DNA of 32,000 nucleotides from Clostridiales bacterium (GTDB lineage: Bacteria > Bacillota > Clostridia > Clostridiales > Clostridiaceae), in the NCBI GenBank assembly GCA_017889345.1, contig JAGHEJ010000072.1, positions 11,805-43,804 of the forward strand, given 5' to 3'. Below the pieces are notes generated by a model. That model worked only from the letters and a program-made list of their open reading frames with translations, was not told the origin of the DNA and ran no database searches. A program made the translations under genes and the position numbers. This document shows positions 23,081 through 31,432 of the stretch, in pieces (within the stretch, counting starts at the first letter, position 1; every line of letters begins with the position of its first letter).

Positions 23081-23123
23081 AAAAAAAAAACTTTTGGCAA
23101 ATGTTATTAACATTTGCCAAAAG
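23081..23123. terminator. Strong hairpin terminator between convergent genes (T10 in the minus-strand sense)
   Basis: A perfect 15-bp stem (cttttggcaaatgtt 23091-23105 / aacatttgccaaaag 23109-23123) has a 3-nt loop. The A10 run at 23081-23090 gives T10 after the hairpin for the minus-strand gene 23137-23634. Confidence 0.7.
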
Positions 23124-23136
23124 CTTAAAATAATAA

Positions 23137-23634
23137 CTAATGTCTTGTAAAAAATTTAGATTTTAAAAATTCCAAAATCGAATTCTTACTAGAAGTTTTT
23201 GAAATATTTAAAGGGCTGTTTCCATCTTTAAGAGATAATATTTTTTCATAAAAAGATCTATATTTAAAAAATTGATTATCAAGAAGAATTATATCTCCAA
23301 CACTACTTATAGAAATTGTACATTTACCATAAAAATTTCCATTAACCCTCTTTAAAACATTTTTTATATACCTATATCGTTTATCAATCGTATGTCTATT
23401 AATTTTAATATTTGAAATATATTTCAAGTTGCGCACATTTATAAATTTTTCATATTTTATATCTAATTGTTCTAACTCTATCATATATTTTTCATTCCCA
23501 TGTTCATCTAAAAGTATTATTCCAGATTCATATAACGAAATATTTCCATCTCCACTTAAAAAAGGTATATTAAAATTAGCATTAACCATACAAATTTTGG
23601 AGCCTAATAAATTATGTTCATACAAAGCTGCCAT
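23137..23634 (-). CDS. Hypothetical cytoplasmic protein (165 aa), co-transcribed with the TPR membrane protein
   Basis: It has a strong RBS (GGAGGTAACACC-ATG) and starts 27 nt after the TPR gene stop. I recognise no motif. A strong terminator follows. Confidence 0.6.
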   Translation of the reverse strand: MAALYEHNLLGSKICMVNANFNIPFLSGDGNISLYESGIILLDEHGNEKYMIELEQLDIKYEKFINVRNLKYISNIKINRHTIDKRYRYIKNVLKRVNGNFYGKCTISISSVGDIILLDNQFFKYRSFYEKILSLKDGNSPLNISKTSSKNSILEFLKSKFFTRH

Positions 23635-23661
23635 GGTGTTACCTCCAAATATTTAAATCTT

Positions 23662-24771
23662 CTATTTACTCTTTATAACAAAAATTTTATTAATCCTATT
23701 ACAAAAATTATCTAACTTAGTTCCTTCATTAGTTATTCTAAATTTTTCAAGCACGCATACCATTTTGAAACTTGAAAAAAATATTACGAATAAGAGTATA
23801 ATTACTCCAAATTTTATAAAGGGAATGTTTATGATATAAAACAAACTTGTAAAAATAAGAAGCCATATTCTTTTTAAATCAAAACACATTTTAAGAGAAT
23901 TTTTAGCCTTATTAATATTATTTTTAAAATACATATCTCCAGAATCAAATTCCATAGCTTTTTCAATACATGCAATCATATTATAAGTATCATTTTTATC
24001 AATATTATATAAATATCCATCATCTGATTTATGAGAATAATTAGCTCCTTTCAAAAAATACACAATTGAAATAGCTCGATTCATTATATATGGACTTTTA
24101 CAATTATCTAAGAGTTCTTTAAATATACTAATTGCATTATCGTATTTATTATTATTTAAAAGTATGTAAGCGTAAGACTCCAATACATATAAACTTTCCG
24201 AATCCAATTTCAAAGCATATGATATATATTTATTTGCATTTTCCAAATCTCCTAAATCCATATAAACATTTGCCAAATAATAATAGTATTTAATTTCTGA
24301 TTCATTTAAAAGAATTGAACGTTTGTAATAAAATACACTTTCTTCCTTGTCTCCATTTAAATCATGTGATAATGCAATCAAAAACCAAATTAAATCCTTT
24401 TTTTGATATAATTCTCCGATTTTATTTCCATACTCTATCGCCTTTTGATAATCTCCATTGGAAATAATTTTTCTAAGATTATACGTAAGCTCTTTAAAAT
24501 CACTTTGAAAATTTATCTCAACATCTTCAGAATTTTTTGAAAGTTCTTCAGATAAAGTAAACATATCGCCTTTTAAATTTTCTAAATATTGTCTACCTAA
24601 TTTATTGTCATATAACTCGTCATTTTCTAATAATTCTATCAAATTTTTAAGATTACTAATTCTATATTCTAAATCTGGCGCATTTAACCTTGTTGTTAAT
24701 TTTATTTGTAATAACCGTAAATTAATAATTTTTCTATCAGTTATATTGTCAGATTTTTTGTTCTTCTTCAT
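23662..24771 (-). CDS. TPR-repeat protein with a C-terminal two-helix membrane anchor
   Basis: TPR-like 34-aa units are visible (YQKAIEYGNKIGELY..., YYYYLANVYMDLGDLENANKYISYALKLD, YAYILLNNNKYDNAISIFKELL). The C-terminus has two hydrophobic helices (IWLLIFTSLFYIINIPFIKFGVIILLFVIFFSSF). I prefer ATG 24771, with an AAGGTG RBS, over the GTG at 24780. Confidence 0.72.
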   Translation of the reverse strand: MKKNKKSDNITDRKIINLRLLQIKLTTRLNAPDLEYRISNLKNLIELLENDELYDNKLGRQYLENLKGDMFTLSEELSKNSEDVEINFQSDFKELTYNLRKIISNGDYQKAIEYGNKIGELYQKKDLIWFLIALSHDLNGDKEESVFYYKRSILLNESEIKYYYYLANVYMDLGDLENANKYISYALKLDSESLYVLESYAYILLNNNKYDNAISIFKELLDNCKSPYIMNRAISIVYFLKGANYSHKSDDGYLYNIDKNDTYNMIACIEKAMEFDSGDMYFKNNINKAKNSLKMCFDLKRIWLLIFTSLFYIINIPFIKFGVIILLFVIFFSSFKMVCVLEKFRITNEGTKLDNFCNRINKIFVIKSK

Positions 24772-24856
24772 AAATATCACCTTAAAAAATTTTTAAACTA
24801 ATGCTGAACGATTTTATTTTAAAAATAAAATTAATGCGTAAAAGGAATGATCAAAC

Positions 24857-25432
24857 ATGAAATATTCTCATAAGAAATTATTTTTAAATTTCACATTCAT
24901 ATGCCTAATAGCCATAGTGCTTTCAACTCTCGTGTATTTTGTATCTGCTAAAAATTCTAATAGTGTCATTGAATTTGAAAGTTTTATGAATTTATATACC
25001 TCAAAAAATATTGAAAGTGCTAACAAATATATATTAAATGATTCTCTTCCAGATATAAACAATATTTTTTCCATTGCAATAGAACAATGTACAAATAATT
25101 CTCAAAGAGAAATAATCCATTTATTTGAAAACTTGTTTTACTCAATAAAATACAACGTAGTTTCATCAAAAATATTATTAAACAAAGCAACCTTAAACGT
25201 AAATTTTACATATTACGATCTCTCAAAGCACATAATAAATTTTTTTAAAAATGCTCCGGATAACGAAATTAACTACGAAAAATTTATTTCATCTCTAGAA
25301 AATTCAAAATACAAAATATCTACAAATTTAGATATTAAATTGGTACAAAAAAATAATCAATGGAATATTATCCTATCTGAAAAACTTTTAAATATTTTGA
25401 CTTCCGGTATATATAAAAACTTTACAATATAA
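24857..25432 (+). CDS. Membrane-anchored hypothetical protein (191 aa)
   Basis: It has an N-terminal TM/signal anchor (LFLNFTFICLIAIVLSTLVYFVSA) and an AAGGAA RBS. A strong terminator follows. The extracytoplasmic domain has no motif I recognise. Confidence 0.62.
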   Translation: MKYSHKKLFLNFTFICLIAIVLSTLVYFVSAKNSNSVIEFESFMNLYTSKNIESANKYILNDSLPDINNIFSIAIEQCTNNSQREIIHLFENLFYSIKYNVVSSKILLNKATLNVNFTYYDLSKHIINFFKNAPDNEINYEKFISSLENSKYKISTNLDIKLVQKNNQWNIILSEKLLNILTSGIYKNFTI

Positions 25433-25470
25433 AAGGAGAATTCAACTAAAATTTGAATTCTCCTTTTTTT
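25433..25470 (+). terminator. Rho-independent terminator (also abuts the murG stop on the opposite strand)
   Basis: A 13-bp stem (aaggagaattcaa 25433-25445 / ttgaattctcctt 25453-25465) has a 7-nt loop and is followed by TTTTT. Confidence 0.68.
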
Positions 25471-26540
25471 CATTTTGAATATCTAACAATAACATCTACA
25501 ATCTTATCAATTGGATTTCCAAAATCTACATTCATATTATTAATATACATTTCTCTATTTTCATAAACTTTGTTTATCGTATTTTGTAAAACTTCAAAGC
25601 TTGTCAAATCTTCTTCCTCTATCATTTCACTAAATCCACGCTTCACAAAAGATTTAGCATTTAAAACCTGATCTCCTCTGCTTGCTCTTTTAGATAATGG
25701 AATTAAAATATTTGGCTTTTTTAAAGCTAATAATTCATATATACTATTTGAACCTGCTCTTGAAATAACAATACTACTTAATTTAAATAAATGTGGTTGA
25801 TCATCTGTTATATATTCATATTGCCTATATCCTTTTTTATAATTGAGTTTGTTATCTAAATGACCTTTTCCACAAATATGAACTACATTAAATTTTTTCA
25901 ATAATTCTGATAAATTACTCCTTATTATATTGTTTATAAATGCAGATCCTTGACTTCCTCCCATTATTAAAATAACAGGTTTGTTACCCTCTTCAAATTT
26001 GCAAATATTTTTACCTTTTATTTCGCTTCCTAAAAATAAATCCTTCCTTATTGGTGTTCCTGTAAGTTCAACTTTTTGTTCCCCTATATGATTCTTTGTT
26101 TCTGGAAAAGTTATACATATCTTCTTTATAAATGGCATTGATATTTTATTCGCAAGACCAGGAGTTATATCTGACTCATGAGAAACAACTGGTATTCTTC
26201 GTCTTGATGCTCCAAGTATTACAGGAATTGAAACAAATCCACCTTTTGAAAAAACAATATCAGGCTTCTCCTTTTTCAAAATACTAGATGCTTCAAATAT
26301 TCCCTTTACAATTTTAAATGGATCTTTAAAATTATTTATATCAAAATACCTTCTAAGTTTTCCTGTATTTATGCCGTAGTACTTTATATTTTGATCTTCT
26401 ATTAATTTCTTTTCAATTCCATCTTTACTTCCTATATAAACTATTTCATATCCTTTTTCCTTTAGTTTCGGAATTATAGCAATGTTTGGAATAACATGAC
26501 CTGCCGTTCCACCGCCAGTTAAAACAATTTTCTTTCCCAT
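25470..26540 (-). CDS. murG: UDP-N-acetylglucosamine--N-acetylmuramyl-(pentapeptide) pyrophosphoryl-undecaprenol GlcNAc transferase (MurG, GT28)
   Basis: The 356-aa product starts MGKKIVLTGGGTAGHVIPNIAIIPKLKEKGYEIVYIGS, the G-loop typical of MurG. The C-terminal half (ILIMGGSQGSAFIN ... SRAGSNSIYELLALKKPNILIPL) fits GT28. An AAAGGAG RBS is present. Confidence 0.88.
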   Translation of the reverse strand: MGKKIVLTGGGTAGHVIPNIAIIPKLKEKGYEIVYIGSKDGIEKKLIEDQNIKYYGINTGKLRRYFDINNFKDPFKIVKGIFEASSILKKEKPDIVFSKGGFVSIPVILGASRRRIPVVSHESDITPGLANKISMPFIKKICITFPETKNHIGEQKVELTGTPIRKDLFLGSEIKGKNICKFEEGNKPVILIMGGSQGSAFINNIIRSNLSELLKKFNVVHICGKGHLDNKLNYKKGYRQYEYITDDQPHLFKLSSIVISRAGSNSIYELLALKKPNILIPLSKRASRGDQVLNAKSFVKRGFSEMIEEEDLTSFEVLQNTINKVYENREMYINNMNVDFGNPIDKIVDVIVRYSK

Positions 26541-26582
26541 GTGAACTCCTTTTTGTAAATTTCAACTAAACTATTAAAATCT

Positions 26583-28253
26583 TTACGGATATATATCTGA
26601 AAAATACACATCAACTCTTCCACTTATATCATCACTTATAACTAAATCATCTACGTTATACATATGTCTATCTATTTTTAATTTATTAAAACTAAGTACA
26701 AACTCTGTTCCAACCCCAAGCTTACTTTCAAGTGTAATTTTTCCTTTTAAAATATCCACAAACTTTTTTACAAGCGATAATCCTATACCACTTCCTTCAG
26801 CATCCCTACTTAAAATAGAGTTTACTTGAATAAATTTGTCAAATACTTCTCTTAATTTATCACCTGGTATTCCTATTCCTTGATCTCGTACTTTTAATAT
26901 AAAACCCGTATCCTTCACAATAAGATCCACATACACAAATTTATTATTTGGAGTAAATTTTATAGCATTAGATAACAAGTTCATCAAAATTTTTTCATAC
27001 ATGTCCTTATCAAAAAATAAATATGCTTCCTCAACATTTGGTTCAAAAATAACCTGTATATTCTTTTTATGATTAGCATGTACATTAATTGAAGTTACAA
27101 TATCTTCTGTTATAACCACTATATCAAAATAAGTTACCACTGGTGACATATATCCAGACTCAGCTTTTGATAAATCTAGTATGTTATTAATGAGTTTTAA
27201 CAATCTTGAACTATTTTTATTCATCATATTTAAATATTTCTTCATTTGAGGTGTAATTTCACTTTTACAAATGTTTTCAAGAGCTTGAAGAGAAGATTTA
27301 ATTAAAGTTATTGGAGTTCTTAATTCATGAGAGACCATGTTAAAGAAATCATCTTTTAAAATTTCTTGCTGTTTTAATTCTGTTATATCTGAAAATGTAA
27401 TGACGTTATGATATTTAACATTGGACATATCACTAGAATCTATTGAGTTTAATGTTATTTGAAAATATTTTTCCGTTCCATCAATAACATTTTTAAATAG
27501 AAACTGCTCACTTTTTTTATCGCTTTTATGACGTAAATTTTTTAAAAAATCTCTTATATCTTTTTTCACATCACTAATACATTCAATTTTGTATCTATCC
27601 AAAAACTTTAAAGATATAAATTGTCTTGGCGTAAAATCAAAAAGATTATTATAAGCATCATTACAAGAAATATCTGTGAATGTATTATCAACAACAATTA
27701 TTCCTTCATGAAGATTATTTATTATGTTATTTACATGAATTACATGATTATCTTTCTTTTTGTTTGTTCTCTGACGTATATCCATAATCCCTTTCATTTC
27801 AATAACATATTGCTTCATTAAATCATTACTTTTATGTAAGTCTTTGTAAGCATTATATATTTCCGTAATATCTGTTAAAATATAAATTCTTCCAATCACA
27901 TCTTCATTATAAATTTTATGTTCATAAACTCCCAATTTAAAAAACAATTCTTTACGTCTAAAAGTTTTCTTAAGAACAATGGTTTTTGCATGCCCCTGTA
28001 AAACATTTCTCATTAAAATTTGGTTAAAATCAAATTCTTTTTCATCAAGAAATTTATCATGGATTTTTATTTCAAAAGATTTCATAAAATCTATAATGCT
28101 TTTATCTTTCAGGAAATCTTGATCAAATGAAAAAAATTCATAAGCTCGTTTGTTGTAAGACCTTATCATATTTTTAAGATCCGTAATAATTACAATATCA
28201 TTAAAAGAATCAATTATACTGTCATATCCCTCAATATCATAAAAAAACTGCAT
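26583..28253 (-). CDS. Soluble (no TM) PAS-domain sensor histidine kinase, orphan
   Basis: The H-box is FFNMVSHELRTPITLI. The N, G1 and G2 boxes are LLSNAIKFTP, VRDQGIGIP and GSGIGLSLVKKF. Two PAS-like segments lie upstream (SFNDIVIITD..., LHEGIIVVDN...). There is no hydrophobic helix. I prefer ATG 28253, with an AGGTGA RBS, over the GTG at 28265 that sits 2 nt after the recJ stop. Confidence 0.85.
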   Translation of the reverse strand: MQFFYDIEGYDSIIDSFNDIVIITDLKNMIRSYNKRAYEFFSFDQDFLKDKSIIDFMKSFEIKIHDKFLDEKEFDFNQILMRNVLQGHAKTIVLKKTFRRKELFFKLGVYEHKIYNEDVIGRIYILTDITEIYNAYKDLHKSNDLMKQYVIEMKGIMDIRQRTNKKKDNHVIHVNNIINNLHEGIIVVDNTFTDISCNDAYNNLFDFTPRQFISLKFLDRYKIECISDVKKDIRDFLKNLRHKSDKKSEQFLFKNVIDGTEKYFQITLNSIDSSDMSNVKYHNVITFSDITELKQQEILKDDFFNMVSHELRTPITLIKSSLQALENICKSEITPQMKKYLNMMNKNSSRLLKLINNILDLSKAESGYMSPVVTYFDIVVITEDIVTSINVHANHKKNIQVIFEPNVEEAYLFFDKDMYEKILMNLLSNAIKFTPNNKFVYVDLIVKDTGFILKVRDQGIGIPGDKLREVFDKFIQVNSILSRDAEGSGIGLSLVKKFVDILKGKITLESKLGVGTEFVLSFNKLKIDRHMYNVDDLVISDDISGRVDVYFSDIYP

Positions 28254-28267
28254 AAATAAACTCACCT

Positions 28268-30037
28268 TTAAAATCTATATTTAATCAAAAAATACTTAAT
28301 CGTCTCATTAAAATTATAATTATCTATCTTTACTTCATATAAAATATCCATAAAAATTTTTGAATCCATCATATATTTTCCAGAGTATAACTTCTTAATA
28401 TTTTCACTTCCATGTTTACTTTCCAAATTTTCATCAAAATCTTTTGCATCACCAAAATATAAAAAATCAAAAATTTTGTTGTCATTAGACATTAATTTCA
28501 TTGAAATATAATTTTGACTTTTACCTATTCTCTTTAAAGAACAAACCCTAACTTTTTTATCTCCAAGAATTGGTTTTGGATTTCCTTTTCCAAAAGGCTC
28601 TAACAAAGATAAATCTTTTACAAATTTATAGTTTATATTTTGAATTGGATAAAATAAATCTACATAAATTGTATTTATAAAATCTTCTTCGCTAATTTTT
28701 TCTGAAGCATTTAAATTTTCTCTAAGAATCTCTATGTTCTCTTCATTTAAAGAAAGTCCCGCAGCCATTGGGTGTCCACCAAAAGAAGTTAAAAGTTCAT
28801 TATTGTCGCATAACAAATCAAAAATATTTATTCCCTCAATTGAGCGAGCCGATCCTTTACAAACTCCTTCACCTTTTGTTAAAACAATCGTAGGTCTATA
28901 ATATTTTTCCTTAAGTCTTCCAGCAATTATTCCAGCAATACTTTCATGAATATTTTCATTATAAACCACAATAACTTTTGATTTGTCATATGAATTTTCT
29001 TCAATTATATTTATACATTCATTTAATCCCTCTAAAGTCATTGACTTTCTTTTATCATTAAGATCTTTAATTTCAAGGGCAAGGTCATAAGCTTTTTCGG
29101 CATCATTATGTAAAAGTAAATCAAGTCCCTTTGTTGCACTCTCAAGTCTTCCCAGTGCATTTAAACAAGGACCAATTACAAAACCAATTTCATAAGATGA
29201 AATACTTCCTTTACTTAAAGAATTTGCATTAATTATAGCATTAAGTCCAATGTTATTTGTAGAATTAATTAATCTCAATCCTTCTTTTACAATAAACCTA
29301 TTTTCATCTTCTAAATCCATAACATCGCAAATTGTTGCAATGGCTGCGAACTGATAAAGATTTTCTATTCTATCTTCCATGCCATAAATTTTATATAACT
29401 CAGAACAAAGTTTAAAACAAATTCCAGCTCCACATAATTTTTTAAATTGATATTCACAATCTTCTTGCTTGTGATTTATAATTGCATTTGCATTTGGAAC
29501 AATTAGAATTAAGTTTCCATCTTCATCAATTTTGTTTTGTATGTCGTGATGGTCTGTTACAATAACACAAATTCCCAAATCTCTCGCTCTTTGTATAACA
29601 TCAAAGGCTGCTATTCCATTATCACAAGTTATTATAACATCAATTCCATCTTCTTTTGCTTCCTCAACAATTTTCAAATTAATTCCATATCCATCTTTTA
29701 TTCTATCTGGAATAACAAAATCAACATTAAGTCCAATATCTTTAAATGTTGTATACAAAATATAGATGCTAATAATCCCATCAACATCATAGTCCCCAAC
29801 GATTCTTATTTTTTTATTGCTTAATTTTGTATTTTGCAAAATTTCAATTACTTGGAAAAAATCTTTAAACTTTGAAGCGTCTTTCAAAATTTCTTTCGTT
29901 GGATTTATGTAGTCATTAATTTGATCAAAATTTTTAAATTCTCGATTTATAAGAATTTTACATACGCTTAGAGATATTTTTAATTTGTCTAAATTTTCAA
30001 TAACCGTATTTCTATTTCTCAAAATCCATTTTTCCAT
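28268..30037 (-). CDS. recJ: Single-stranded-DNA-specific exonuclease RecJ
   Basis: DHH-family motifs are present in order: VGDYDVDGIIS, IPDRIKDGYG, ITCDNGIAAFD, VIVTDHH, then DHHA1 (GGHPMAAG). The product is 589 aa and has a GGGAGA RBS. Confidence 0.92.
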   Translation of the reverse strand: MEKWILRNRNTVIENLDKLKISLSVCKILINREFKNFDQINDYINPTKEILKDASKFKDFFQVIEILQNTKLSNKKIRIVGDYDVDGIISIYILYTTFKDIGLNVDFVIPDRIKDGYGINLKIVEEAKEDGIDVIITCDNGIAAFDVIQRARDLGICVIVTDHHDIQNKIDEDGNLILIVPNANAIINHKQEDCEYQFKKLCGAGICFKLCSELYKIYGMEDRIENLYQFAAIATICDVMDLEDENRFIVKEGLRLINSTNNIGLNAIINANSLSKGSISSYEIGFVIGPCLNALGRLESATKGLDLLLHNDAEKAYDLALEIKDLNDKRKSMTLEGLNECINIIEENSYDKSKVIVVYNENIHESIAGIIAGRLKEKYYRPTIVLTKGEGVCKGSARSIEGINIFDLLCDNNELLTSFGGHPMAAGLSLNEENIEILRENLNASEKISEEDFINTIYVDLFYPIQNINYKFVKDLSLLEPFGKGNPKPILGDKKVRVCSLKRIGKSQNYISMKLMSNDNKIFDFLYFGDAKDFDENLESKHGSENIKKLYSGKYMMDSKIFMDILYEVKIDNYNFNETIKYFLIKYRF

Positions 30038-30165
30038 ATAACTTCTCCCAAATTACATTTATCGTAACATATTTTACCATACAAATTTTATTTTAAAAAA
30101 TATATTGAATAATTTTATAAATAACTGAAATAATTTTGATAATTAAATTTTCAGGAGGGATATTT

Positions 30166-30396
30166 ATGTTTGAATCATTTGACGAATTAATCAATTACAT
30201 TAAAGGAAATACCTGTGATGTTTCAATAAATTACGATCCGGTGTCAACAAACTTACTTGTGTTTAATAACAAAACTGAACAAATTTTATTTAACCAAAAT
30301 CTTCATTATCAAATTGGAGAATTTAAAAGTACAATCGAGCCTTTATTTCACAATTTAAATTGCGAAGTAAATTATTTAGGCAACTCAATGTCTTAA
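30166..30396 (+). CDS. Small hypothetical protein (76 aa)
   Basis: The ATG at 30166 is preceded by a CAGGAGGGA RBS; the track start at 30136 is less likely. A hairpin terminator follows. I recognise no motif. Confidence 0.45.
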   Translation: MFESFDELINYIKGNTCDVSINYDPVSTNLLVFNNKTEQILFNQNLHYQIGEFKSTIEPLFHNLNCEVNYLGNSMS

Positions 30397-30412
30397 TATT
30401 TTTTTACAAAAC

Positions 30413-30442
30413 AAAAAGGCTTTAAAATTTAAAGCCTTTTTT
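30413..30442. terminator. Bidirectional hairpin terminator between convergent genes
   Basis: The palindrome aaaaaggctttaaa-a-tttaaagccttttt is centred at 30427. A-run and T-run flanks give U-tracts in both directions. Confidence 0.6.
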
Positions 30443-30456
30443 AAAAATTTATATAA

Positions 30457-31263
30457 TTAAAACTCAAAACCTAATGCTTTAATTTCTTCACCTTCTTCTG
30501 GTGTTATTTGTCCTTGTGCTACAGAATAATCAACTAAAGCATCATAAGCTTTCTTTCTATCTTCATCTGTTTTAGCTGTTAAATATGCTTTTTCAAGATT
30601 TGCTTGTTCTTGTGAGATTAATCCTTCTTTAACCATTCCATCTAAAGATTGTAAATACAATTCTACTTCAACTTCATAAGCTCCATCATATCCTGCTGCT
30701 TTTAATTTATCTCCATCCTCTTTTGAATAAGCTCCCATCTTAACTTCATAGTCAATTATATCTTCGTAAGCTTTTTGTTTATCTTGATGTGTTTCTGCTG
30801 TTAGAAATGCAATTTGAAGATCAGCTTCCTCTTTTGCTATGAGTCCTTCTTTAACCATTTCATCGAATGCTCCATTAACATATATCTTTTGTACTACTTC
30901 CCAAGGAGCATCATAACCAGCTTCTTTTAATTTATTTCCAGTTTCTTCTGTTATATCTCCTATTTTAACTTGGTAATCTATTAGTTCATCATAAGCGTTT
31001 TGTTTTTCTTCATGTGTTTGTGCACTATAAAATGCTATTTCAAGATCTCCCTCTTCTTTGCTCATAACTCCATTTTCTACAAGTGCTTTTATTAAATCTA
31101 TAGTATTTTCTTCATAAGTTACATCTTCCTCTTGAAAATCTCTTGTAACTTCAACTGTGCTATCATCTATCGCTTTAACAGCTTGTCCTCCTACTCCAAC
31201 TCCTACAACAACCATAAGACCTAAAGTAATACCAGCAACTAATTTTTTAATTTTCTCTCCCAT
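30457..31263 (-). CDS. Secreted acidic protein with three tandem repeats of about 75 aa
   Basis: The 268-aa product has the leader MGEKIKKLVAGITLGLMVVVGVGVGGQAVKA, with an A-x-A-type site, and an AAGGAG RBS. The repeats are anchored at LVENGVMSKEEGDLEIAF (res 61), MVKEGLIAKEEADLQIAF (res 136) and MVKEGLISQEQANLEKAY (res 210). Confidence 0.75.
   Translation of the reverse strand: MGEKIKKLVAGITLGLMVVVGVGVGGQAVKAIDDSTVEVTRDFQEEDVTYEENTIDLIKALVENGVMSKEEGDLEIAFYSAQTHEEKQNAYDELIDYQVKIGDITEETGNKLKEAGYDAPWEVVQKIYVNGAFDEMVKEGLIAKEEADLQIAFLTAETHQDKQKAYEDIIDYEVKMGAYSKEDGDKLKAAGYDGAYEVEVELYLQSLDGMVKEGLISQEQANLEKAYLTAKTDEDRKKAYDALVDYSVAQGQITPEEGEEIKALGFEF
30460..31101 (-). repeat. Three in-frame tandem repeats, period 74-75 aa (about 225 nt)
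   Basis: Each unit reads roughly MVKEGLI-x-EEADL-x-IAFLTA-x-TH-x-x-KQKAY-x-x-IDY-x-VK-x-G-x-I/S-x-E-x-G-x-KLKAAGYD. The units are helical and amphipathic in character. Confidence 0.75.
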
Positions 31264-31393
31264 TTTTAAAATCTCCTTTATATTTAAATTTTTAATTTTG
31301 TTCCTTGATTTGTTTTGATTTAATTTATGTTTAAATTATAGTTTCAATTTATAACGAAATTGTGTCTTTTGTATGGTATTTTAAGGTTAAATG

Positions 31394-31427
31394 AAAAAAA
31401 GTTATCAAAATACTTTGATAACTTTTT
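31394..31427 (-). terminator. Rho-independent terminator of the upstream histidine kinase gene
   Basis: A 14-bp stem (aaaaagttatcaaa 31396-31409 / tttgataacttttt 31414-31427) has a 4-nt loop. In the minus-strand sense a T-run follows. It lies 6 nt after the stop at 31433. Confidence 0.6.
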
Positions 31428-31432
31428 AAAAA

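Noticed and set aside
23429-25074. ORFs 23429-23656 (+), 24605-24796 (+) and 24868-25074 (-)
   Set aside because: They are antisense overlaps of better-supported genes that have strong RBSs and terminators.
27621-29824. ORFs 27621-27821 (+) and 29537-29824 (+)
   Set aside because: They are antisense to the histidine kinase and recJ, both of which carry ordered family motifs.
30136-31263. Small 76-aa ORF plus its neighbour as a toxin-antitoxin or immunity pair
   Set aside because: The two genes are convergent and separated by a bidirectional terminator, so they are not an operon. Neither shows a toxin or antitoxin motif.
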